Part shown: in pieces, positions 29,662 through 37,624 of the stretch
Layout: every line of letters starts with the position of its first letter
How positions within the stretch are numbered: position 1 is the stretch's first letter
NCBI GenBank assembly: GCA_049967655.1
Contig: JBMFSH010000027.1
Coordinates: forward strand, 1-37,624
Reading direction: 5' to 3'
Length of the DNA: 37,624 nt
Source: Acidobacteriota bacterium
GTDB lineage: Bacteria; Acidobacteriota; UBA4820; DSQY01
Notes under the pieces: model-generated
Databases searched by the model: none
Told to the model about the DNA's origin: nothing
What the model saw: only the letters and a program-made list of their open reading frames with translations
Program-made: the position numbers and the translations under genes

Positions 29662-31692
29662 ATGGTGCGGAGGGGAAGGTGGAGCCTCTCGGCGTGGGTC
29701 GCATCGGCCCTCCTCCTCTGCGCGGTTGCGGCGCCGGCCATGGCCGACGGGCCAAGCGCCGAGACCTCCGTCCTCCGGCTTTTCTACGAGAAGCAGGAGC
29801 TGGTGACCACGGCGAGCCGCATCCCCGAGGATGCCCGGACCGCGCCGGCCATCGTCACCGTCTTCACCGCCCAGGACATCGAAAACATGGGGGCGAGGAC
29901 CCTCTCCGACCTCCTGCGCACCGTCGTCTCCGTCTACGTCACCACCCAGGTCAACTCCCGCGAATCCGTGTGGATCCGGGGGATCCGCAACCGCTACAAC
30001 GACAAGGTCCTCCTGCTCATCGACGGCCTCCCCCAGAGGGATCTGGTGTACGAGAACGCGGCCATCGACGAGTACCTGCCCCTCACCAACGTGGAGCGGG
30101 TGGAGGTGATCCTCGGCCCTGGCTCCGCCCTGTACGGGACCAACGCTTACGCGGGCGTCATCAACGTCATCACCAAGGGACCGCCGAAGAAAGCCTGGGG
30201 GCAGGTGGACGCGGGAGGCGGCGACTACGGCACCAGCCAGGCGAACCTCCAGGGGGGCATCACCCACGGCGAGGTGGGGCTCTACGGCTTCGGCCACTGG
30301 TTCCAGACGAACGGAGACGGCCTGGCCTTCAACACCTACCAGCAGCCCCAGACGCTCCAGCAGAACCCCCAGCAGAACACCTCGGGAGGCCTCACCTTGA
30401 CCCTGCCGGACTTCACCTTCAGGGTGGAGCGCATCCACTACTACCACACCTACTACACGGACTGGGACGTGCCCACGTGGCGCTGGAAGGACGAAGGGTA
30501 CTTCTACAACGACACCTACCTGAGCAGCCAGTTCAGGCACTCCGTGGGAACGAGGGGCAGCCTCACGGCCGCCCTCTACTACCAGGACTACGACCTGCGC
30601 AACTACTGGCGGGACTTCCTGCCCGGCAAGCAGGGGCCCGGTTCGACACCGGCCGACGTGCACTACGAGATCTTCGTCACCAAGCAGGGCTACCGCCTGG
30701 GGGGCGAGGTCCAGTACACCACCCGGCTGACGAGCCAGCACGAACTCGTGGCGGGCCTGACCCTCGAGCGAGAAACGCTCAACCACGTGCAGGACCAGTG
30801 GCACGACCTTCTCAACGGGGACCTCCTCCGTCTCTACTACATCAACCCCGTGACGCTAGACACCTGGGCGGCCTACGCGCAGGACACCTGGGCGCCCTCC
30901 AGCACGCTGACGATCACCACCGGCGTCCGCGGCGACCATTACCAGACCTTCGGCTGGAAGATCAGCCCCCGCTTCGCTCTGGTCTATCATCCGGGCCCCA
31001 AGCTCGTGCTCAAGCTGTTGTACGGAGAGGCCTTCCGCGCCCCGAGCGCCCGCGAGTTCTACACGGTGGACTACACCGGCTCGTTCCCCCCCGGCAACCC
31101 GCGACTGAAGCCCGAGTCCATCCGCACCTACCAGGGGCAGGCCGCCTACACCTTCTCCCCTTACGTGCACGCCGACGTGACGCTCTACTACGAGCACACC
31201 TACAACGCCATCTTCTCCCAGAACAACCAGCCCTACGTCAACCACGGCGAGAGCGACATCCGCGGCCTGGAGACGCAGGTGAGGCTCAACTGGCCCAACC
31301 ACGTGGCCGCTTACGCCAACTACTCCTTCACGAGTTCCGGCCTCTACGACGTGCCCCGGCACATGGCGAAGGCGGGGCTGAACGTCCCGTGGGGCGGCCG
31401 CTTCAACTGGAACATCAACGGCTACTACCTCTCCAGCCGGCCGCGCGACCCTACCGACCTCTACGCCTACGCTCCGGGAAGGGCGCCCTACCACCGCCCC
31501 GACGTGCCGGGCTACTTCACCCTCAACACGACCCTGCGCGTGATGAAGCTCTGGCGAGGCCTCGAAGTGAACGGCTCGGTCTACAACCTCCTGAACCGGA
31601 CGACCTTCGACCCCACCTACGAACCGACCACCTACAACGACCTTCAGAATCCCGGCCGGACTTTCCTCGTCCGCATCGTGTACCGCTTCTAG
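29662..31692 (+). CDS. TonB-dependent receptor
   Basis: Signal peptide; plug motifs VTTASR..APAIVTVFTAQDI, LLLIDG, VERVEVILGPGSALYGTNAYAGVINVITK; barrel motifs FRAPS, LKPE, YNLLN; C-terminal YRF. Confidence 0.95.
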   Translation: MVRRGRWSLSAWVASALLLCAVAAPAMADGPSAETSVLRLFYEKQELVTTASRIPEDARTAPAIVTVFTAQDIENMGARTLSDLLRTVVSVYVTTQVNSRESVWIRGIRNRYNDKVLLLIDGLPQRDLVYENAAIDEYLPLTNVERVEVILGPGSALYGTNAYAGVINVITKGPPKKAWGQVDAGGGDYGTSQANLQGGITHGEVGLYGFGHWFQTNGDGLAFNTYQQPQTLQQNPQQNTSGGLTLTLPDFTFRVERIHYYHTYYTDWDVPTWRWKDEGYFYNDTYLSSQFRHSVGTRGSLTAALYYQDYDLRNYWRDFLPGKQGPGSTPADVHYEIFVTKQGYRLGGEVQYTTRLTSQHELVAGLTLERETLNHVQDQWHDLLNGDLLRLYYINPVTLDTWAAYAQDTWAPSSTLTITTGVRGDHYQTFGWKISPRFALVYHPGPKLVLKLLYGEAFRAPSAREFYTVDYTGSFPPGNPRLKPESIRTYQGQAAYTFSPYVHADVTLYYEHTYNAIFSQNNQPYVNHGESDIRGLETQVRLNWPNHVAAYANYSFTSSGLYDVPRHMAKAGLNVPWGGRFNWNINGYYLSSRPRDPTDLYAYAPGRAPYHRPDVPGYFTLNTTLRVMKLWRGLEVNGSVYNLLNRTTFDPTYEPTTYNDLQNPGRTFLVRIVYRF

Positions 31693-31700
31693 GAGAGGCC

Positions 31701-32708
31701 ATGAGAGGGAGCCCGTCCAGGAAGGTGAAGGCGCGGCGAGGGATATTCGGGACGCTTCTCGCGGCAGGCAACGAACCTTCCGGGCGCCGGAGCCTGGCCT
31801 GGCCGGCCGGACTCATGGGCCTGCTCATCGCCGCCCTGCTGCCCGCGGCCCCGTCCAGACAGAGCGAGCCTGCACCGAGGGTGGTGGTGCTCTCGAGCCT
31901 GAGCATTCCTCCCTTTGAGCGGCTCGTGCACAGCATCACGGAACGGTTCGGCGGAGAGGACTCCTCGGTGTTCTATTTGGACCGCGAGCCCTCGGCGCCC
32001 TCCCGCATCGCGGCGCTGGCTCCCTCGGCCATCCTGACCGTTGGCCAGGAGGCTCTGGAGAAAGCCCTTCCCGAACGGGATGGCGTGCCCCTCGTGTTCA
32101 CCATGGTGCTCTTCCCCCAGCAGATCCTCGGCCAGCCCCAGCCGGGGGTCGCGGGCGTCGGGATGATCCCCTCGCCCAGGAGCCAACTGCAGATCCTGCA
32201 AAGGGGCTTTGCCCGCAAGAAGGTGCTCCTCTTCTTCAACCCATCGGTGACAGGCTTTCTGGCAGACTACTTCCGGCGGGAGGCGTCGGCCGGAATCGCG
32301 GTGGAGGCCGTGCCCGTGGACTCCGACGCCGCCCTCGTGAAGCGGCTGCAATCGGGCCTGGGAGGGGCGGACGCGGTGCTGCTCGTGCCGGACCCGACGC
32401 TCCTCACGGAGCAGGGGCTCCACGCCCTCATCACGGCGTGCTACGGCAGCGTCGTGCCCCTCGTGGGCTTCTCTCCCATGTACATGGATATGGGGGCCGC
32501 CATCACGCTTTCGCTCCCCGAGGAGGTAACCGCCCGTAGCGCCGTGGCCCTGGTCTCCTCCGCGCAGCCCGAGGGCGACGTGCTGGGGGGAGTGACCTAT
32601 CCCAGTTCGTGCCGGGTCCAGGTGAGCCGAAGGGCCATGCGGCGTTTCGCCCTTCCCGTGAATGAATCGGGCATGCTTCCGTACGGCCGCCTCGAGTGGG
32701 TGAAGTGA
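31701..32708 (+). CDS. Periplasmic binding-protein-like protein (ABC_sub_bind-like)
   Basis: Hydrophobic signal segment; ILTVGQEAL, VPLVFTMV, GV.M, ADAVLLVPD, VPLVGFS...GAAITL resemble type I periplasmic binding folds. SD GGAG before ATG 31701 (31815 is an alternative start). Confidence 0.72.
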   Translation: MRGSPSRKVKARRGIFGTLLAAGNEPSGRRSLAWPAGLMGLLIAALLPAAPSRQSEPAPRVVVLSSLSIPPFERLVHSITERFGGEDSSVFYLDREPSAPSRIAALAPSAILTVGQEALEKALPERDGVPLVFTMVLFPQQILGQPQPGVAGVGMIPSPRSQLQILQRGFARKKVLLFFNPSVTGFLADYFRREASAGIAVEAVPVDSDAALVKRLQSGLGGADAVLLVPDPTLLTEQGLHALITACYGSVVPLVGFSPMYMDMGAAITLSLPEEVTARSAVALVSSAQPEGDVLGGVTYPSSCRVQVSRRAMRRFALPVNESGMLPYGRLEWVK

Positions 32709-32709
32709 C

Positions 32710-34377
32710 ATGGTGGGCTCCTACTTCCGCTCCATGCTGTTGAGGCTCCTCCTTTTGGCGGGAATTCCCGCGCTCGTCCTCCCGACCTTCTTCATTTTCA
32801 ACGAATACAGGGACGGAGAGCGACGCCTCGCCGAGATGTGCCGGCAGATCGAGGAGAACGTCGCGGAGACCAGCAAGGAGGGCTTTCTCACCGAGCAGGT
32901 GCATCACTACCTCCTTCCGCTGGCCGACTCGGCGCTCCTCAACCCCGACATCCAGGCGGTGGCCTTTCGACGGCCGAACGGCACGCTCCTCCTGTGGCGC
33001 TCCAAGGGCAGCGGCAAGTCCGACTTGGAGCTCCAGGCTTTCGACCCCGGCGGCTCCGAGCGCAGGCGGGGCACGGTGGTGGTGGGCGGCCATCGCTATT
33101 TCTACGCCTACGGCCCCTCCAGGGGTTGGCGGATGAAGGGAGCCGAGCAGATGTTCGGCCTGGAGAAGGCCCGCACGGAAAGGACCCTCGGCACGGTGCT
33201 CGTCATCGCCTCGCCCGCCGGCCTTGTGGCCCGCGTGCGCCTCCGGCTCATCGAGAGCCTGGCGGTCTTCTGCCTGATCCTCATCGCCGCTTCGCTGGCC
33301 GCCTACCGGATCGCGATGGGTGTGACGCGGCCGGTGGAAGAGTTGATCGCCGGCTTTCGCGAGATCGAGCGGGGCCACTTCACGCCCGCCCTGACGCGGC
33401 CCAAGCAGTGCGAGCTGGCCCTGCTGGTGCAGCAGTTCGGCGAAACGGCCACCCGCATTCGGGATCTCATCCAGGAGAAGGACTCCTACGCGGCCCAGCT
33501 CATGGCCACCGCTCAGGAGCTCGAAGACCTCAACGAGAGCCTGGAGGAGAAGATCGCCGAGCGCACCCAGGCCCTGACCAACGCCAACGAGATGCTGGAG
33601 CTGAGCAACCGGAAGATCCAGGAGGCGGACCGCCTCAAGTCGGAGTTCCTGGCCAACATGAGCCACGAGCTGCGGACGCCGCTCAACGCGGTCATCGGCT
33701 TCTCGGAGCTGCTGCTGGAGAAGATACCGGGGCCCGTCACGCCCCAGCAGGAGCAGTGCCTCACGGACATCCTCAACGCGGGCCAGCACCTCTTGCAGCT
33801 CATCAACGAGATCCTCGACCTCTCCAAGGTCGAGGCCGGCAAGATGCCCCTGAGCTATTCGACCCAGAGGGTGGCCGACCTCGTGGCCGATGTGGCGATG
33901 ATGTTCAAGCCGATTCTGGACAAGAAGAGGCACGAGCTGATGATCTCCACCCAGGACCCCGAGAGGAGCATCTACACGGACCAGCACAAGCTCAAGCAGA
34001 TCCTGATCAACCTCCTGAGCAATGCCCACAAGTTCTCCCCCGCAGGCTCCCCCATCCGTCTCTCGGTGGTGCACGGGCCCGGCTGGCACGCCATCACCGT
34101 GCGCGACGAGGGGCCGGGCATCGCGAAGGAGCACCAGGGGACGGTCTTCGAGGCCTTCCGGCAACTGGACGGCACCATGTCCCGCACCCAGGAGGGAACG
34201 GGGCTGGGCCTCACCCTCTGCAAGCGATTCGCCGAGCTGCTGGGCGGTGGCATTATATTGAAGAGCGAGCCGGGGCACGGCGCCTCGTTTACCCTGTTCC
34301 TCCCCGTGGAGCCCTCCAAGGTCCTCGACGCGAGGCAGATCATGGCGGAGTTCGATGGCGAAGGTGCTTGTGGTTGA
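32710..34377 (+). CDS. Membrane sensor histidine kinase (2 TM, HAMP, coiled coil, HisKA, HATPase)
   Basis: KSEFLANMSHELRTPLNAVIGFSELL (H box), QILINLLSNAHKF (N box), DEGPGI (G1), GTGLGL (G2). Confidence 0.96.
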   Translation: MVGSYFRSMLLRLLLLAGIPALVLPTFFIFNEYRDGERRLAEMCRQIEENVAETSKEGFLTEQVHHYLLPLADSALLNPDIQAVAFRRPNGTLLLWRSKGSGKSDLELQAFDPGGSERRRGTVVVGGHRYFYAYGPSRGWRMKGAEQMFGLEKARTERTLGTVLVIASPAGLVARVRLRLIESLAVFCLILIAASLAAYRIAMGVTRPVEELIAGFREIERGHFTPALTRPKQCELALLVQQFGETATRIRDLIQEKDSYAAQLMATAQELEDLNESLEEKIAERTQALTNANEMLELSNRKIQEADRLKSEFLANMSHELRTPLNAVIGFSELLLEKIPGPVTPQQEQCLTDILNAGQHLLQLINEILDLSKVEAGKMPLSYSTQRVADLVADVAMMFKPILDKKRHELMISTQDPERSIYTDQHKLKQILINLLSNAHKFSPAGSPIRLSVVHGPGWHAITVRDEGPGIAKEHQGTVFEAFRQLDGTMSRTQEGTGLGLTLCKRFAELLGGGIILKSEPGHGASFTLFLPVEPSKVLDARQIMAEFDGEGACG

Positions 34378-34720
34378 AGACAACACGGCCAACCAGCGGC
34401 TCATGCGGATGATCCTTGAAGCGCTGGGCCACGAGGTGGAGTGCGCCCTCACGGGCGAGGAGGGCTGGGCGCGGGTCCGGGGTGAGCCCTTCGCGCTGGT
34501 CCTCCTGGACATGCACCTGCCGGGGCTGGACGGCTTCACGCTCTGCCGGCGGATCAAGGCCCTCCACGGGCGGGCCGTGAAGGTGCTGGCGGTGACCGCC
34601 CTCGCCATGGAGGGAGATCGCCAGAGGGTGCTGGAGTGCGGCTGCGACGATTACCTCAGCAAGCCCGTCTCCGTGACGGAGCTGCGGGCGAGGATCGACG
34701 GTCTCCTGGGAACCACCTGA
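34355..34720 (+). CDS. Single-domain response regulator (DivK/CheY-like)
   Basis: VLVVEDN, VLLDMHLPGLDG, AVTALAMEGD, DDYLSKP; overlaps the kinase gene by 23 bp. Confidence 0.93.
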   Translation: MAKVLVVEDNTANQRLMRMILEALGHEVECALTGEEGWARVRGEPFALVLLDMHLPGLDGFTLCRRIKALHGRAVKVLAVTALAMEGDRQRVLECGCDDYLSKPVSVTELRARIDGLLGTT

Positions 34721-34731
34721 CGGAGAGGGCC

Positions 34732-36345
34732 ATGGAGCAGAACCGCCGGATACTTGTCATCGACGACGACCAGAGCGTGTGCCGGCTGGTGCGCGCCCAC
34801 CTCGGCGCCAACGGCTACGAGGTGGAGGTGGCGCAGGAAGGGGAGGCGGGGCTGGCGAAGGCGCGGGAATTCCGCCCCAAGGTGGTCATTCTGGACCTCC
34901 TGCTGCCAGGCATGGACGGCTTCCAGGTCTGCCGGGCCATTCGGGAGGACCCCTCCCTGTCCGGCACCCGCATCCTCATGCTGACCGCCATCTACCTGAG
35001 CGAGGACGACAAGGTCAAGGGCTTCCGCGTGGGGGCCGACGAGTACATCGTCAAGCCCGACGTCATTCTCTCCAAGCCGATTCACCTCAAGGAGCTCAAG
35101 GAGGCGGTGGACGCCTCGGTGGGAGACGGGTCCCCCTCCGAAGTCCACGAGGCCCCGCTGGACAAGGTCCTGGTGGTGGACGACGACGAGCGGAACCTGC
35201 GGCTCATGCAGATGCGCCTTCTGAGCGAGGGCTTCGAGGCGCGGGTCGTCTCCTCCGGCGAACAGGCTCTGGCGGAGATTGGCCCTTTCCAGCCCCACCT
35301 CCTGCTGCTGGACGTCAACATGAAGGCCATGAGCGGCATCGACGTCCTGAGGGAGGTGCGGAGCCGCGGCATGGACCTCCCCGTGGTCATGATGACGGCG
35401 TACGGCAGCGAGGCCTTGGCGGTGGAGGCCTTCGAGCTGGGGGCCGACGACTACCTGATCAAGCCCTTCGACACCGCCACCGCGGCGCGCAGGCTCCGGC
35501 AGATCATTGATGCCTACCGCCTCAAGCGGAGCCGGGACCAGCTCATGGAGCGCCTGAAGAAAATCTCCTGCGACCTCGTGAACAGGGTCAACTACCTCGA
35601 GCTTCAGAACCAGCGCCTGGAGCAGGCCTACGCCGTCGTCCGAGGGATGTCCGAGTTCAATCAGCGCTTCATCAAGTCCCTCAGCCAGGAGCTGCGCGCG
35701 CCCCTCGCCATGATCCTCAGCTTCGCCAGCGCGCTCCGTGAGATCCCGCGCGAGAAGCGGGACCCCGAAGGCGAGCGGGAGAGCCTCGCGGCCATCTTCC
35801 GGACGGCCTTCCGGCTGGAGATTAACCTCTCCAACCTCATCTACCTCTCGCGCCTCCAGGCCGATGCCCTGACGGTCTTTCCCGGCACCATCAGCGTGGG
35901 GCCCCTCGTCGAGGAGGTGCTGGGCCTGGCCCGCCGGGCCCTCATCCGCGACGACGTGAGGATCGCCTGGTATCCCGAGAAGGAGGAGCGGCACGCCGTG
36001 GGCGATCCGTCGCTCTTCAAGGACATCGCGATCAACCTCCTGGATTCCTGCATCCAGCGCATGGAGGGGCCGGGCGTCATCACCGTGGAGCTGCTCTCCG
36101 AAACCCCGAGGGAGGGCGGCGCCGCCGGCACCTCCCTCCGCATCCGCGACGACGGCGACGGCTTCCGGGAGGAGGATCTGGCGAGCGCCACCGTGGTGGA
36201 CCTCAGCCCCGAGTCGCTGAGGCAGGGCACCGAGAACGTGCGCCTCAACCTCTGCCGCCACCTCGCCTCCCTGCTCGGCTGGAAGCTGGAGCTCTCCAAC
36301 CGGCCCACGGGCGGCGGAGAGGCCCTCCTTCGCATGGAGGGATGA
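34732..36345 (+). CDS. REC-REC-HisKA/HATPase protein with a degenerate (pseudo) kinase domain
   Basis: Two intact receivers (ILVIDDD..ILDLLLPGMDG..LT..KP; VLVVDDD..LLDVNMK..MT..KP). H box reads SQELRAP, N box INLLDSC, and the G2 box is lost. Confidence 0.88.
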   Translation: MEQNRRILVIDDDQSVCRLVRAHLGANGYEVEVAQEGEAGLAKAREFRPKVVILDLLLPGMDGFQVCRAIREDPSLSGTRILMLTAIYLSEDDKVKGFRVGADEYIVKPDVILSKPIHLKELKEAVDASVGDGSPSEVHEAPLDKVLVVDDDERNLRLMQMRLLSEGFEARVVSSGEQALAEIGPFQPHLLLLDVNMKAMSGIDVLREVRSRGMDLPVVMMTAYGSEALAVEAFELGADDYLIKPFDTATAARRLRQIIDAYRLKRSRDQLMERLKKISCDLVNRVNYLELQNQRLEQAYAVVRGMSEFNQRFIKSLSQELRAPLAMILSFASALREIPREKRDPEGERESLAAIFRTAFRLEINLSNLIYLSRLQADALTVFPGTISVGPLVEEVLGLARRALIRDDVRIAWYPEKEERHAVGDPSLFKDIAINLLDSCIQRMEGPGVITVELLSETPREGGAAGTSLRIRDDGDGFREEDLASATVVDLSPESLRQGTENVRLNLCRHLASLLGWKLELSNRPTGGGEALLRMEG

Positions 36346-36348
36346 CCC

Positions 36349-37452
36349 ATGCCCGCGAAGCCGCGCATCCTCACCTTCCTGGCGAGCGGAGAGGCCCGTC
36401 TCCTGGTGGGCTCGCTGCTGTCGTCCCACTACGCCGTCTCGCACTCCGGCGCCAACAGCCGCCTCCTGGAGACGGTCAGGGCCCAGGCGCCCGAGATGGT
36501 CCTCGTGGACATGGAGCTGCCCGGGATCTCGGGGCTGGAGGTGGTCTGCCGCATCCGCAGAGACCCGCTCTACCGGGAGCTCATCATCGTGGGGCTCGGC
36601 GACCAGGACGCGACCGGCATGGACAAAGTGGCGCTGGTGGCCGGCTGCACGGGCTTCCTCGCCTACCCCCTCCAGCCGGAGCCTTTCCTGAACCGCATCC
36701 GCGGCTTCTTCCAAGGTGAGAGGCAGGAGCTGGAGCTCAAGGAGCACCTCCAGTACTACCGCCTTTTCTCGGAGATCCTCATCGAGAAGCTGGAGACGCG
36801 CCTGGATGCCTTGGAGCGCAAGACCCGGGTCCTCGAAAAGGAGCGCGAGCGCCAGGACAACCTCACGCTCCAGATCCTCTCCTCGCTCGTCACGCTCATC
36901 GAGGCGAAGGACCCCTACCTCAGGGGCCACTCCGCCCGCGTCACCCGCTACGCCCTCGCCCTAGGGCGCCGCATCGGCCTGCACAGGGAGGATCTGGACA
37001 CGCTGCGGCGGGCCGCCCTGCTCCACGACATCGGCAAGATCTCCATCGACCTGCGGGAGATCAACAAGCCCGGCCCCCTGAGCGAAGAGGAGTGGGCCAT
37101 CATCCGGCAGCACCCCGACACCGGCCACAAGATCCTCTCGCCCATCCATTTCCTGCAAGACGAGGCGCTCGTCACGCTCTACCACCACACCCGCCACGAG
37201 GCCTACGGCGGCCATCCCGAGATCCCCGCCCGGCTGCGCACCCTCACGCGCGTCCTGACGCTCGTGGACAGCTTCGACGCCATGACCACCCGGCGCCCCT
37301 ACAACAACCCCCTGAGCCGGGCCGCGGCGGTTCAGGAGCTGCGACGCTGCGCCGGCACCCAGTTCGACCCCGAGCTCGTGGAACCCTTCGTGCAGGCCCT
37401 GGAGGAGCTGGAGTCCCTGGAGGGCGGCGAGGAAGAGGGAAGGGGCGAGTAG
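36349..37452 (+). CDS. Atypical receiver + HD-GYP-like phosphohydrolase
   Basis: IEAKDPY..GHSARV, LHDIGKI, KPGPLSEEEW..IRQHP, DSFDAMTTRRPY, GTQFDP; GYP loop altered (HHTRHEAYGGHP). Confidence 0.88.
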   Translation: MPAKPRILTFLASGEARLLVGSLLSSHYAVSHSGANSRLLETVRAQAPEMVLVDMELPGISGLEVVCRIRRDPLYRELIIVGLGDQDATGMDKVALVAGCTGFLAYPLQPEPFLNRIRGFFQGERQELELKEHLQYYRLFSEILIEKLETRLDALERKTRVLEKERERQDNLTLQILSSLVTLIEAKDPYLRGHSARVTRYALALGRRIGLHREDLDTLRRAALLHDIGKISIDLREINKPGPLSEEEWAIIRQHPDTGHKILSPIHFLQDEALVTLYHHTRHEAYGGHPEIPARLRTLTRVLTLVDSFDAMTTRRPYNNPLSRAAAVQELRRCAGTQFDPELVEPFVQALEELESLEGGEEEGRGE

Positions 37453-37565
37453 GCGAGAGGCGAGAGGCGATGAAGCGAGACGCGGTCGAGCGAGGGGCAG
37501 AGGGGCGGTCGGTGGTCGGTGGTCCGTGGTCGGTGGTCGGCGGTCTGTTGCCCGTGGTCCGTGGT
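37451..37565. repeat. Heptamer tandem repeats (AGGCGAG)x3 and (GGTCSGT)x8
   Basis: AGGCGAG AGGCGAG AGGCGAT at 37451-37471; eight imperfect GGTCGGT/GGTCCGT units at 37507-37562. Confidence 0.8.
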
Positions 37566-37624
37566 AGGCCTTTCCCCTGACCCTTCGTCGTTTCTCCGTG
37601 CCTCTGTGCCTCTGTGGTTCGCCC

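Noticed and set aside
29679..31700. 1009-aa ORF overlapping the whole TonB receptor and in frame with the binding protein (possible frameshift fusion or overprinted gene)
   Set aside because: This frame starts codons at the receptor's third positions, which are nearly all G/C, so stops are rare. The translation is low-complexity R/P/G/H, and the binding protein has its own SD and ATG at 31701.

Overview
GC-rich chromosomal segment from a diderm (outer-membrane) bacterium; the gene repertoire is compatible with an Acidobacteriota-like organism, but this is a low-confidence guess. It carries about 26 CDS and a tRNA-Phe(GAA). Housekeeping genes: gltX, archaeal/eukaryote-type proS, an RlmI-like methyltransferase, an A-type Fe-S carrier and pncA. 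Exported hydrolases: a tandem aspartyl protease, M13 and M16 peptidases and a Tat amidase. There is also a Ser/Thr kinase, a GGDEF cyclase, and the 3' end of a surface-protein cluster with atypical codon usage (1-4197). The best candidate for an undescribed system is the tightly coupled six-gene operon at 29662-37452: TonB-dependent receptor, periplasmic binding-type protein, HAMP histidine kinase, DivK-like receiver, REC-REC pseudo-histidine kinase (His->Gln), and atypical REC/HD-GYP. It has no permease or ATPase, so it looks like a trans-envelope signalling cascade with a probable c-di-GMP output. Other notable signals: an ammonia-lyase with Ala-Cys-Gly in place of the Ala-Ser-Gly MIO triad, a 223-bp att-like insertion that duplicates and recodes a gene 3' end, a tandem C-rich hairpin sRNA candidate, sigma54- and ECF-type promoters, and a family of 7-9 nt periodic intergenic repeats. 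All protein calls come from motif recognition by eye; no database searches were run.
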